Assembly: GCA_963841915.1 (NCBI GenBank)
Contig: CAWJEN010000006.1
Span: 256,001 to 320,000, forward strand
DNA: 64,000 nucleotides
Direction of reading: 5' to 3'
From: an uncultured Planctomycetota bacterium
GTDB lineage: Bacteria > Planctomycetota > Phycisphaerae > Tepidisphaerales > Tepidisphaeraceae
The notes below the pieces were generated by a model. That model was not told the origin of the DNA, ran no database searches, and saw only the letters and a program-made list of their open reading frames with translations. Every line of letters starts with the position of its first letter. Within the stretch, counting starts at the first letter, position 1. Below are positions 29,440-40,162 of the stretch, piece by piece. Both the position numbers and the translations under genes were made by a program.

Positions 29440-29549
29440 GGCAAGATAAACGGGACGCAGCGGCAGCAACAACGGCTCGCTCGCGACCCACGACGGCGCA
29501 TTTTCTCCCCTCCGGAAGACACCGACCCTCACGGGCGGTGTCTTCTTTT
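29440..29549 (+). ncRNA. Candidate small RNA (~110 nt)
   Basis: Lies between a strong promoter and the terminator GAAGACACCG...CGGTGTCTTC-TTTT; no ATG-started ORF; has a 5' hairpin and a single-stranded CU-rich tract. Confidence 0.6.
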
Positions 29550-29619
29550 GGTTTCTGCCGTCGTCCAGCGCAGCACGACAATCACCCTATAACGCGGGTT
29601 GCGTGCACATCTGAGTCGG

Positions 29620-29979
29620 TCAGCCCGGTGGCCACGTCAGGTCGCGACCCGCCAGAACGTGGACGTGCAGGTGGAACACGGCCTGCCCTGCCGCCTCGCC
29701 TGTGTTGATGACGGTGCGAAACGCGTCGTAGCCCGCTGCCTTGGCGACATTGCCGGCGACGACGAGCAGGTGTCCCAGCAGCGGAGCGTCGTCTACCGCC
29801 GCCTGCGCCAGCGACACTATCGGCCGCCTGGGCACAACCAGCACGTGCAGCGGAGCCTGCGGATCGATGTCCCTGAATGCGATGCACTGTTCGTCTTCGT
29901 GAACGATGTCGGCCGGGATCTCGCGGTCGATGATGCGCTCGAAAAGTGTCTTGTCTAACGGATGAGAAGAGGCGGCCAC
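29620..29979 (-). CDS. hinT: Histidine triad nucleotide-binding protein
   Basis: TLFERII.REIPA, FRDI.PQAP.H.LV and GQ.VFHLHVH motifs; start uncertain. Confidence 0.93.
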   Translation of the reverse strand: MAASSHPLDKTLFERIIDREIPADIVHEDEQCIAFRDIDPQAPLHVLVVPRRPIVSLAQAAVDDAPLLGHLLVVAGNVAKAAGYDAFRTVINTGEAAGQAVFHLHVHVLAGRDLTWPPG

Positions 29980-30083
29980 AGCCTCATGGTGACAGACGCG
30001 CACCGCTGCTGCCACGGCACAAACCCGTCAAGCCGGGCACCGCCCCCGCAAACCCCGCGCGGCACCGCTACTGTGCCCTCACG

Positions 30084-32168
30084 ATGGAGAGCAAGACCGG
30101 CAAAATCGCCTTGGCAGTGTTCGGCTCCGTGCTGATGATCACCTTTCTGCTCCCGGCCGGCATGACCGGCAGGGGCGGCGCGGGAGGCGGATCGATCGGT
30201 GAAGTCGACGGTGAACCCATCGGCGCCGACGACGTCCGCACCGCCGACATCTTGTTCGGCTATAGCAAGTCGATCCGCGTGCAAGGCTTGCCGCTGCCCA
30301 ATCAGCTCCTGGTTCAGCCGGAGCTGCAGCGCATTCAACGGCAGATCGGCTCGTTGAACCAGCAGCAGTTCAGCGCCAGGTACCAGCAGGCGATGGCCGA
30401 ATCCAACCGCCGCGTCGAGGCGATCAGTGACGACAAGGTGGCGCTGTACCTGCTGCTGCGTGAGGCCGAGACAATCTCGGGCGTGACGGACGACGACGCC
30501 CGGCAGTTCCTGCTGGGCGATGGCGTTGAGATTGCGCTACCCAATGAAGGCGGGACGATTCGGTTCAGCGACATTGAGGGCGAGCAACTGCAAAGCCGCT
30601 ACATCGCCGCCGCAAAGGCCGCGATCAGCATGGCCGTTGCCTCGCGTCGATACGGCGACGTGACGAAGGTCAGCCGCCCGCTTGCCGAGCGGATCGTCGC
30701 CTCGCAGTACCAGGAAGTGACCGTCGACGCCGTCGCGGTGCCGTTCGATGATTTCGTCGCCACGGTCGACGAACCGACCGACGCCGAGCTGCAGGCGCAA
30801 TTTGACAAATACAAGGATGTCGCCCCCGGCACCGTCACAGCCGACAACCAGGCCGGCTTTGGTTATCTCCAGCCCGCCGGTGTGCGGTTGGCCTACCTGC
30901 AGATCGAGCGGTCGGCCATCTTGGACAGCGTTGTGGCCGAGCTCGTCGCCCAGCCAGTCGCCGCCCGCGAGCAAGCGATATACGCATTCTTTAACGAGAA
31001 CCGCGCCCTCTTCGCCAGTGCCTCGACGCAACCGGCCACGCGCCCGTCGACCCGGCCGACGACGCAGCCGAGCCAGGGAATCGAGGCCTTACAGTTCGAG
31101 ACGAGCGATGCCGTCGCCGACTTTCTGAACAGCCAGGCGGCAGAGCTCCAAGGCGACAGTTTGGCGACGTGGCAGGCGTTCATCAATCGTCACGACGACG
31201 TCGTCCTGGCGATGGTCAACACACAGGCCAGCCAGCAGGAGCGCAAGGCCGTGCAGCGGGCTGAGTCGATTTTGTCGGCCGACTACGCCACGCTACGTGC
31301 TGCCGGGGAGAAGCCCGATGAGGCGATGAGTCGAACCGGCGTTGCCGTGACCTCAGCCGGCTACCTCGACGCCGTCGCCGATGCCGTCGGTGAGCAGACG
31401 GGCGTCCGCCCGCAGGTCATCGACCGGACCGACCCCTTGCTGCCGCTGAACGCGTTGGCCTCGCCTGCCATCGTCGGCGACATCGCCGGGGCGCAGCTGC
31501 AGGGCGTGCCGTTCCTGAACCTGATCGCCGGCCTGACGCCTGGGCTCTACACAGGCGAGTCGCGTGAGCAGGTCGAGAAGCAGAACGTCACGATCGAGCC
31601 GATGCGACCGGGCCCGATGGTGCAGAATCGCGCGGGCGACGCCTTTTTGTTCCGCCTGACCGACGCCACTCCGGCGGCAGCGCCGGCATCGATGAACGAC
31701 GTGCAGGATCGCCTGCTGGCCGACCTGCGTCGCAGCGCCGCCTTCGAAAAAGCTAAGGAGCGTGCCGCCGCACTGGTCGCCTCTGGCGACTTGACAGGCG
31801 ACGTCGTCCGCATCGGGCCGTTCGTCCCGTCGACCGGCGGTTCCGTTGCTTTGCCGACCGACGGGCCTTTGTCGAGCCTCGACCTCTCGGCTCAGGAGGC
31901 CTTCGCCAACGGCGTTGTCAGCCTTGTGGCCGACGCATCGGGTGAGTCCGGTTTCCTGACGGTCATCGAGCTACCGACGGCCGGCATCGCCTTGGCGACA
32001 CGGCTGGCGTCGGCCACGAGTGATCTGCCGTCGCCCGAGATGCTGGCCACCGCTTTGACCCGGGTGCGTGCCGCCGCGGTGACAACGATGGACGATCAGC
32101 AAGTGGTGGCCGACTACTTCAACCCGCAGAGCATCGCCCGCCGCACCGGATTCGAGGCCGACGAGTAG
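30084..32168 (+). CDS. Membrane-anchored periplasmic protein, PpiD/SurA_N-like
   Basis: N-terminal TM then GEVDGEPI; EPTDAELQAQFDKYK; V..RL..D pattern typical of PpiD-like chaperones. Confidence 0.6.
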   Translation: MESKTGKIALAVFGSVLMITFLLPAGMTGRGGAGGGSIGEVDGEPIGADDVRTADILFGYSKSIRVQGLPLPNQLLVQPELQRIQRQIGSLNQQQFSARYQQAMAESNRRVEAISDDKVALYLLLREAETISGVTDDDARQFLLGDGVEIALPNEGGTIRFSDIEGEQLQSRYIAAAKAAISMAVASRRYGDVTKVSRPLAERIVASQYQEVTVDAVAVPFDDFVATVDEPTDAELQAQFDKYKDVAPGTVTADNQAGFGYLQPAGVRLAYLQIERSAILDSVVAELVAQPVAAREQAIYAFFNENRALFASASTQPATRPSTRPTTQPSQGIEALQFETSDAVADFLNSQAAELQGDSLATWQAFINRHDDVVLAMVNTQASQQERKAVQRAESILSADYATLRAAGEKPDEAMSRTGVAVTSAGYLDAVADAVGEQTGVRPQVIDRTDPLLPLNALASPAIVGDIAGAQLQGVPFLNLIAGLTPGLYTGESREQVEKQNVTIEPMRPGPMVQNRAGDAFLFRLTDATPAAAPASMNDVQDRLLADLRRSAAFEKAKERAAALVASGDLTGDVVRIGPFVPSTGGSVALPTDGPLSSLDLSAQEAFANGVVSLVADASGESGFLTVIELPTAGIALATRLASATSDLPSPEMLATALTRVRAAAVTTMDDQQVVADYFNPQSIARRTGFEADE

Positions 32169-32266
32169 ATCGCGTGGTCGGCACGCAAAGCGACGCTCGA
32201 CAGCCGCCCCTGACCGTGCCTACTCTTCCCGCCCGCGTCGCCGGGCCACGCCAACGCGACGCCGCC

Positions 32267-33787
<1,521 letters not shown>

Positions 33788-33909
33788 CGTGTTGCGGTTC
33801 GGCCGGCGTAATCCCAGCGGACTAGGCGTGCGGCGTCGAGAACCACACGCCGGTGTTAACATCGCCCACAGCAGCGGGCGCGTCAACGGGAACCGTTGCC
33901 CGCCGCGGT

Positions 33910-34185
33910 TCAGGCGGAGCGACGGCTTTTCTTGCCGATGGTCACATTGCCGTTGAGCCAGTCGCGTAGCCGGTCTACCGGGTAGATCACACAGCGGCCG
34001 AGCTTCTTGCATGGGATGTCGCCGCGGTTCGTGTAGGTCCAAAGTGTCCGCTCGCTGATGCCGAGCATTGCCGCGGCATCACGCGGCTTAACGGCTAGCG
34101 GCGGCGGGACCACGGGGAGCGTCGCGTCGTTTTGGTTCTGCCGCAAGGTGCGGCCCGGTTCATCGTGTTGCGTTGAGTCGTTCAT
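33910..34185 (-). CDS. Excisionase-like helix-turn-helix protein
   Basis: PRDAAAMLGISERTLW....G.IP..KLGR...Y....L..W; upstream of the integrase. Confidence 0.85.
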   Translation of the reverse strand: MNDSTQHDEPGRTLRQNQNDATLPVVPPPLAVKPRDAAAMLGISERTLWTYTNRGDIPCKKLGRCVIYPVDRLRDWLNGNVTIGKKSRRSA

Positions 34186-34272
34186 CACCCCGCAGATCGG
34201 GAGCGGGTGCGCGGCGATGAAGGCGGCACATGTCCCACCGTGTCCCCGGCCGGCTCGATACATGATCGTCAT

Positions 34273-35181
34273 TCACAACCTCGGATGCTCGTCAAGTGCC
34301 CGTTCCCCGGCTGTCGTGATGCAGTACGGGCCGTGTAGATTGCCCACGCAGTTCATGCCATCGGCCGCTATGTAGCCGGTTTTGCACATCGCCTTGCGGG
34401 CGGTGCGAAAGCTTGGGCAGTTCCTGTAGCCGCTGGCTTTAGCGATAGCCGCGTCGTCGGCCAGCGGCCCCCGCTCCCGCAGGGCTTGCAGCATCGCCGC
34501 CTCACGCCCTCCGAACTTTGGCGGTTCCGCCAGCCCCGCTGCGGCCGGTTCTAGCAGCCACGCCGCGTGAGGGTGAAGTCGCAGCAGAGACGACGCAACG
34601 GCCGACCGGCCACCGTCCAATGATGCCAGAAGGGCCGCGGTCGCCGCGTTTTCTTCGTCGTCCTCCACCCGCGGCATCGGCGGCATCGCTGCCGCTTCGT
34701 CCGCCCGTTGCTCCAACGGCGGCTCCGGCAGGTTCGACAAGCCGGAGAGCATAACTGCGTGTATCGACCGCATCGCTCCAAGCGGCCGCACCAGCGGTCC
34801 GTTCTGGAAGCACCATTCGACGCATCGAGTCACGGCTTCACGATCCAGCGACGCCGGCGACCGCCTCTGCACTTCATCGAGCGCGTCGCCCCACAGCGTC
34901 AACGGCAACGGTTCCTGTCCCGCGGCCTCGGCAGACAGCACCCACATCGTTTCCTGCATCCGCTTGCAGTGCTTTCGCCCGGCCGGGGAATCGTCCTGAA
35001 GCCAAGCGACCGATCGCTTCACCCGACGCTCACCGTCGCCGCAGAGCGTGTGCGCGACGAGCATCGCGAGCAAGTCAGCAAGCGTGGCTGTACCACCGAG
35101 AAGGTCCGCCAGCGTCGGTTGGTCGTAGTCGATGTAGAACCAGCCCGTGTCGTCTGCTCCGCAGGTCGTCACGCCTGTCAT
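34273..35181 (-). CDS. Hypothetical protein, possible C-terminal winged helix
   Basis: C-terminal ML.ALRERGPL....IAKASG...GYI...Y.IT.AG pattern. Confidence 0.55.
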   Translation of the reverse strand: MTGVTTCGADDTGWFYIDYDQPTLADLLGGTATLADLLAMLVAHTLCGDGERRVKRSVAWLQDDSPAGRKHCKRMQETMWVLSAEAAGQEPLPLTLWGDALDEVQRRSPASLDREAVTRCVEWCFQNGPLVRPLGAMRSIHAVMLSGLSNLPEPPLEQRADEAAAMPPMPRVEDDEENAATAALLASLDGGRSAVASSLLRLHPHAAWLLEPAAAGLAEPPKFGGREAAMLQALRERGPLADDAAIAKASGYRNCPSFRTARKAMCKTGYIAADGMNCVGNLHGPYCITTAGERALDEHPRL

Positions 35182-35359
35182 TATCGGCCACGATCAGCCA
35201 GTCGCTGGGACGCGGCAGGGTGTCGTTACAGTCGGGTCGTGATGCCGGGCAATGACTTGTCGCCGCCGGAAAATCTTGGCGGCTGGGTATGGTTACACCA
35301 CCGCAGATGGTGTCTTTGACTCTCGTCGGTCGGTTGAAGCGTCACCACCGGCCGCAGGA

Positions 35360-36653
35360 TCAAGCGGCAGCAACGGCTAGCTCCGTCCACCGCGTCGTGT
35401 ACCGCGGCGTGAGCATGGCCCGCCGCGTGTGGTGGACCCGCTCGGCATCGCGTCCAGGCGTGGCGGCGGCCGTTCCGAGACGTACGGCATCGCGACCGAA
35501 CCGGCGGCACGCCTCGTCCATTACGGCCGCGGCACGTCCACGCCCATCGGGCCGGGGCGGATCGGCGGCATCGAACAGCCCGAGTTGCCGCGATGACGCG
35601 CGCGACAGGTCGAACAGCATCACGCCCGTGCCGGTACTCGTAGCCGGCGATGAACACCCGCTCGACCGCCCGCAGCGCGGCCGCAACGCACGCAGACGGG
35701 TCGGCGGTCGGCGTCGCGAGCGTAACGGTCGCCGCGTTGGCGTACTGCGGCCGCTCCGTGCGAAAGCGGTCGGTATCGATGAACGACTGCAAGCCACCCG
35801 CCACCAGCCCTTCCCGCCTCAGCTTGGCGGCCGCCATCGAGGCGACGGACGCCGCCGCCTTGTCCACGTCCTCACGCCGCGCGGTGGCCGCCGCGAACGT
35901 GCGGGACGCGCACGCTTGCTTGCGACAAGGCGGCTGCGTGTCGAGCGTCAGGCACGGCTCCCCGAGCAGTTCCAGCACCGTCCGTTGCAACGTCACCGTG
36001 CCGCGGGAGCGGGCGGCCGCCGGCGGCATCTGCGACAAGCCCCAGGCTGTTCGCACGCCCTCGGCAGCGAGCCGACGCGACCACGCCCGCTCAACGCCCC
36101 AAACGTCCGCGGCCGGCAGCCACTGAAAGACCCGCTCCCGGTCGGCTTCCGTCGTGATGGCGAAGCTGCCGCCCGTCTCGACAGAATGCTTCTTCGCTTA
36201 ACGGTTGGCCGCCTTGGCGAGCGTCTTGGTCGGCCCGAACCCGACGCCGCAAGGCACGCCCGTTCACCGCCGCGCGTCGCGGCGTAGCTCCCGGACGAAC
36301 GCTGCCGGGTCGCCGATGCCGGTGGCGTCGCCGACTGACTCGTCGATGCTGTAGACCTCCACGGCCGGCAGCCGATCCCGCAGCACGTCATTCACCCGCC
36401 GGCTCATATTGCCGTACAGCGCGTAGTTGCTCGACAGCAGCGCGACGCGTTGTCGCCGCAGCTCGTCGCGAATCTTGAACGCCGGCGTGCCCATCTTGAC
36501 GCCCGGCGCCTTCAACTCGTCGCTCCGAGCGATCACGCAGCCGTTGTTGTTGCTCGACAAGCCCACGGGGCGGCGGTGCAGCCGCGGGTCGAAGGACCGC
36601 TCGCACGAGACGTAGAAGTTGTTCCCGTCGATCATGCTAAACATTGTTGGCAC
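35360..36653 (-). pseudogene. umuC: Y-family DNA polymerase V subunit pseudogene
   Basis: D.NNFYVSCER, SSNYALY, EVYSIDE, GPTKTLAK, DVWGV and PRYTTRW motifs; in-frame stops at 36264 and 36198, frameshift near 35630. Confidence 0.9.
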
Positions 36654-36662
36654 CTTCCCCGG

Positions 36663-37151
36663 CTACGGCTTGTGGATTACGGCCAGCACGACGCCCCAGA
36701 CCATCACGCCGCCGTCCTCGCACTCGTCGTCGGGCAGGTCAAATACCAGCGGCGGGTAGGCGGGGTTCGCCGCCTCTAACGCTACCGTTCGGCCGCGGCG
36801 ACGTAGACGCTTCACCGTCATCTGCCCATCAATGCAGGCGACGATCACGGTTCCGCCCGCGGCATCGGCCGCCAGCGAGCGATCAACGATGAGCAGGTCG
36901 CCGCCGTGGATGCCCGCCCCCGTCATGCTGTCGCCAACCACGCGCAGGAAGAACGTCGCCGCCGGCCGACGAATCAGCAGATCGTTGAGTTCTAGCCCCG
37001 CCTCAACGTAATCCTCCGCCGGCGACGGGAAGCCAGCCGGCCTGTGCGACAGCGACAACGGCAGCCGCAGCGGTCGTGGGGCGTCGGCAGCCCGGCCGAG
37101 CGGCACGAGCAAGGCGGCCTGCACGACAGCCGGGGAGGAGCGAGCAGACAT
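36663..37151 (-). CDS. umuD: UmuD-like S24 peptidase
   Basis: AGFPSPAEDY, TFFLRVVGDSM, GDLLIVDRSL, TVKRL and VWGVV motifs. Confidence 0.92.
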   Translation of the reverse strand: MSARSSPAVVQAALLVPLGRAADAPRPLRLPLSLSHRPAGFPSPAEDYVEAGLELNDLLIRRPAATFFLRVVGDSMTGAGIHGGDLLIVDRSLAADAAGGTVIVACIDGQMTVKRLRRRGRTVALEAANPAYPPLVFDLPDDECEDGGVMVWGVVLAVIHKP

Positions 37152-37247
37152 CGCCAGCGAACCTAACGGCGTCCGTACAGGCGGTTGACGGGTAAGCCTG
37201 AGCCGCACCAAGGGGGTCCAGAACCATCGTCGCGCCGCGCAGCCGGT

Positions 37248-37607
37248 TCAGTTGCGCCTCCACCGCCAAGCGGCGAGTATGCCATCTTGATCGAAGCCTA
37301 GCTCAAGCCGATCGGTGTAGCTCGTGTCAACTTGCGTCGAGCCGATGTAGCTGCCGTCGAAGGCGTTGTACATGGGCTGGCTGTAGCGCGTGCCCCGAGA
37401 GTGGTCTATCCAAACAGCGACCGTGAAGCCATCGCTCAAGGTCTCTTTCTGCTGCGGCGGACCCTTGGCCCGCACGGCGTCGTCGTAGTGGTAGGTGCCG
37501 AGGCGGGCGTCCCACACCTTCTGCACCCGCGAGGCGGCACACCCGCCGGCAAGCTACGCGCAGGCGATAAGGATCAATAGCGGTCGAAAGCGGAGCATGA
37601 TCTGCAT
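37248..37607 (-). pseudogene. Small lipoprotein with an in-frame TAG in its signal peptide
   Basis: MQIMLRFRPLLILIACA*LAGGC...; stop at 37554-37556, in frame with ORF 37248-37526. Confidence 0.55.
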
Positions 37608-37880
37608 GTCCGCGATCCTGAATCCTGGTCAGAGCGGCAGCCACCGGGGCAAAGTTATCGGCCTAGGTCGCCAGTCGCCTCCATCTCACGCTTTCGATCC
37701 GTTCTTACCATAGATCAGCAACTTCGCCTCCCTAACACGCGGTTGCGGCGGCTTCCGGCGCGGGTACCACATGACGGCAGCAGCACGTCGCCTTACCGGA
37801 CGGCTCGCCGTGCTGCAACGCCCTTCAAGGCCCGTAGAGGCCGACCATGAAGGCCGGGCGGGCTTGACAGTGCCCGGTCC

Positions 37881-39866
37881 TCACGCCGGTTCCCGCAATC
37901 TGTCAACCGCGCGTCCAGTGCCCGCGTCATCACCTACCGCGGGCAGCAGGTCCATCCGCAGGAACAGCACGCGACGGGCTTCGTTCGCCGTGTGCGGCCG
38001 AATGAGCTTCCCCAGTCCGAGGCTGTTTTGAAGAACTGCCCGCAGCTTGCGATTCGGCTTCTCCGTGTGCCAGCCGAAGCACGCGGCAAGCGTGTTGACG
38101 GGGAGGAAGATGTCGGTGTTGCCGGCCTCGTGTTGCATCCACGCCAGCAGCGACGCAACGCGGTGAAGGTCGCCGCCGGCAGGCATCAGCATTAGCAAGT
38201 CGTCATCGTCGGCGGGCACCACGAGCGGCCACCGCTCCGCCAGCGGCACCGCCACATCCACGGGTGACTCCCGGCCTGCCCAGCTATCGACCTTTGCGAA
38301 CTTCTCCGCAAGGTCCGCCGGCTCCTCGCAGGCGTCGCCGAAGGCTCGCCGCCAGCCGTCGCTTCCCCAGCCCCAGGAACTGAATAGTCTGCCGACAGCC
38401 AAAGCCACGCTGCCGGGCGTCGCGTGTCGCACTTGCGGGTGGGCACGCAAGTAGTGGCCGAAATCGAACAGCCAATCAGGGTCACGCTGCGGGTGTTTCC
38501 GCACGTTCGCCGCCGGCGGGTGGTCGGGCTTCGCCAACGCCCGCGCCAGGCACGCCGCAATATGGTCGCCAACTTCGCCACCGGTTTCCCGCCGTGCCTC
38601 CGTTGCCTCAATCATCGCGAGCATCCGCGGGTCATCGCCATCTTCGCTTGGCGGCCGCACGCCCGTAGGAACAGAAATCGTGAGTTCCTCTCGGTCGCGG
38701 TAATCCCTGTCGTTCCAGTCCTCCCGTTCTTCCCGGTCTTTACTCTCTTCACTCACGTGCGACGACGGGGGCTCATCCGCCACGTTTACCCGTCGCCCCA
38801 CCCACGTATCCAGTAACTCGGCCGCGCCCGCCGGCTCATCACCGTGCAGCTCGCCCAGAAGTCGAGCGAGCTTCGGCCGGCCCGCTACATCTTCACGGTC
38901 CGCCAGCCGCTTCGCCGTCGAGTTGATGCAACCGGCGATGTCGGCCGCATCACCGTCACCAATTGCGGCGGCCGCAGCCGTTATCACGGCCGCAGCGTCA
39001 TCCCTCGCCCAATCTGCCCGCAGCAGCACGCCTGCGACGAGATAACGAAACTCGTGCCGCTGGCTCGGGTCCGGCCAAACCGCGGCCAGCAGCGTCGCCA
39101 CTGCCACCCGCCGCGCCGCCTCCCACAGCTTCACAGCATCGACCACGGCCGCCTCGCCGTCCGCCCCTTCCGACCAGCACAACGGCTCTTTGCTGCCGTC
39201 CACATTCCCGTGCATTGACGGCGGCACGCGGGTAAACACTTCACCCTTAAAGCCACGAATGTCCACCAGGTCCGCCCGGTCGCCGCCGTGCCTTTCGAGC
39301 TTCCGCAACGTCTCGGTGAGGCTGAACTTACCCGATGCTTTCACGCTGTCGCAGCCGGTCGCAATGTAGAGGCGGTGCGAGTCGGGAGAACCCGGCCGCC
39401 CGAAGCAGAAGCCGGTCGGCGGCAGGCGGTCCGCCAGCTTCGCCGCTATCGAGCAATCGAGGTCGAGGTCCAGCAGCCGCGCGTGCGGGTCGCTGACAGT
39501 CGGGTGCCCCATCAGCCCGTTCCGGCCAATGAACAGGCCGATGCCAGGTTCGGCCTTAACTTTTGCCCGCTTGATGCGTTGGCGGGCTGCACGATGTTCC
39601 TTCTCCACCGCGGCGGCGTCGCGAAGCCTGTCCTGACGCACTTTGGAAGGCGCAGGCCATTTACCGTCCTTGCGTCCCTTGCCGGTGCCGGGCGGCATCA
39701 ACGGCATCGTGTTGAAGCCGTTCTCGCAGAAGGCGAGTGCAGCTTCGAGTGGGTCGGCGGTGGTGACGTACAGACGGGGTTCATCATGGGACATTGCAGC
39801 CCGTGCATCGGCCGGGCTGGCGGCGTCGCATGGCGGGTGCGTGTCCCCTTGTGTCTCCGGCGACAC
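37881..39866 (-). CDS. Bifunctional DNA primase/polymerase (Prim-Pol) domain replication protein
   Basis: AALAF...GF...PL, K.P, GIGL, LDLDLD, SHRLY, DIRG and VPPSMH motifs; start uncertain; no Walker A seen. Confidence 0.8.
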   Translation of the reverse strand: MSPETQGDTHPPCDAASPADARAAMSHDEPRLYVTTADPLEAALAFCENGFNTMPLMPPGTGKGRKDGKWPAPSKVRQDRLRDAAAVEKEHRAARQRIKRAKVKAEPGIGLFIGRNGLMGHPTVSDPHARLLDLDLDCSIAAKLADRLPPTGFCFGRPGSPDSHRLYIATGCDSVKASGKFSLTETLRKLERHGGDRADLVDIRGFKGEVFTRVPPSMHGNVDGSKEPLCWSEGADGEAAVVDAVKLWEAARRVAVATLLAAVWPDPSQRHEFRYLVAGVLLRADWARDDAAAVITAAAAAIGDGDAADIAGCINSTAKRLADREDVAGRPKLARLLGELHGDEPAGAAELLDTWVGRRVNVADEPPSSHVSEESKDREEREDWNDRDYRDREELTISVPTGVRPPSEDGDDPRMLAMIEATEARRETGGEVGDHIAACLARALAKPDHPPAANVRKHPQRDPDWLFDFGHYLRAHPQVRHATPGSVALAVGRLFSSWGWGSDGWRRAFGDACEEPADLAEKFAKVDSWAGRESPVDVAVPLAERWPLVVPADDDDLLMLMPAGGDLHRVASLLAWMQHEAGNTDIFLPVNTLAACFGWHTEKPNRKLRAVLQNSLGLGKLIRPHTANEARRVLFLRMDLLPAVGDDAGTGRAVDRLREPA

Positions 39867-40162
39867 ACTCTGGCAGTGAAGAGCGGATTGCTTCGTTTGG
39901 CACTATGTCCAGGTTCATGACTGCCCGCTGCCGCAGAGGGTGGTACGTCCAGGGATGAAGTCTGAACATGAAATGACGGCTTCAAATGCCAGCAACCTTC
40001 TGTACTCATCCTCGTGAGCGTCGGGAGCAATGGTGAGCAGCCGCTGATGCTTGCACCGGCATCGACGTCGAGTTAGTCTCGCACGACTGCCGCAGTGGTG
40101 AGGGAGATCAAGGGGGAACTTGATCGGCCGACGCGGCTTCCCGTGCATCTTGCCGTTCCGCC

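Noticed and set aside
31020..31075. 12-bp repeats encoding STQPATRPSTRPTTQP
   Set aside because: A common low-complexity linker in secreted proteins; no sign of independent function.
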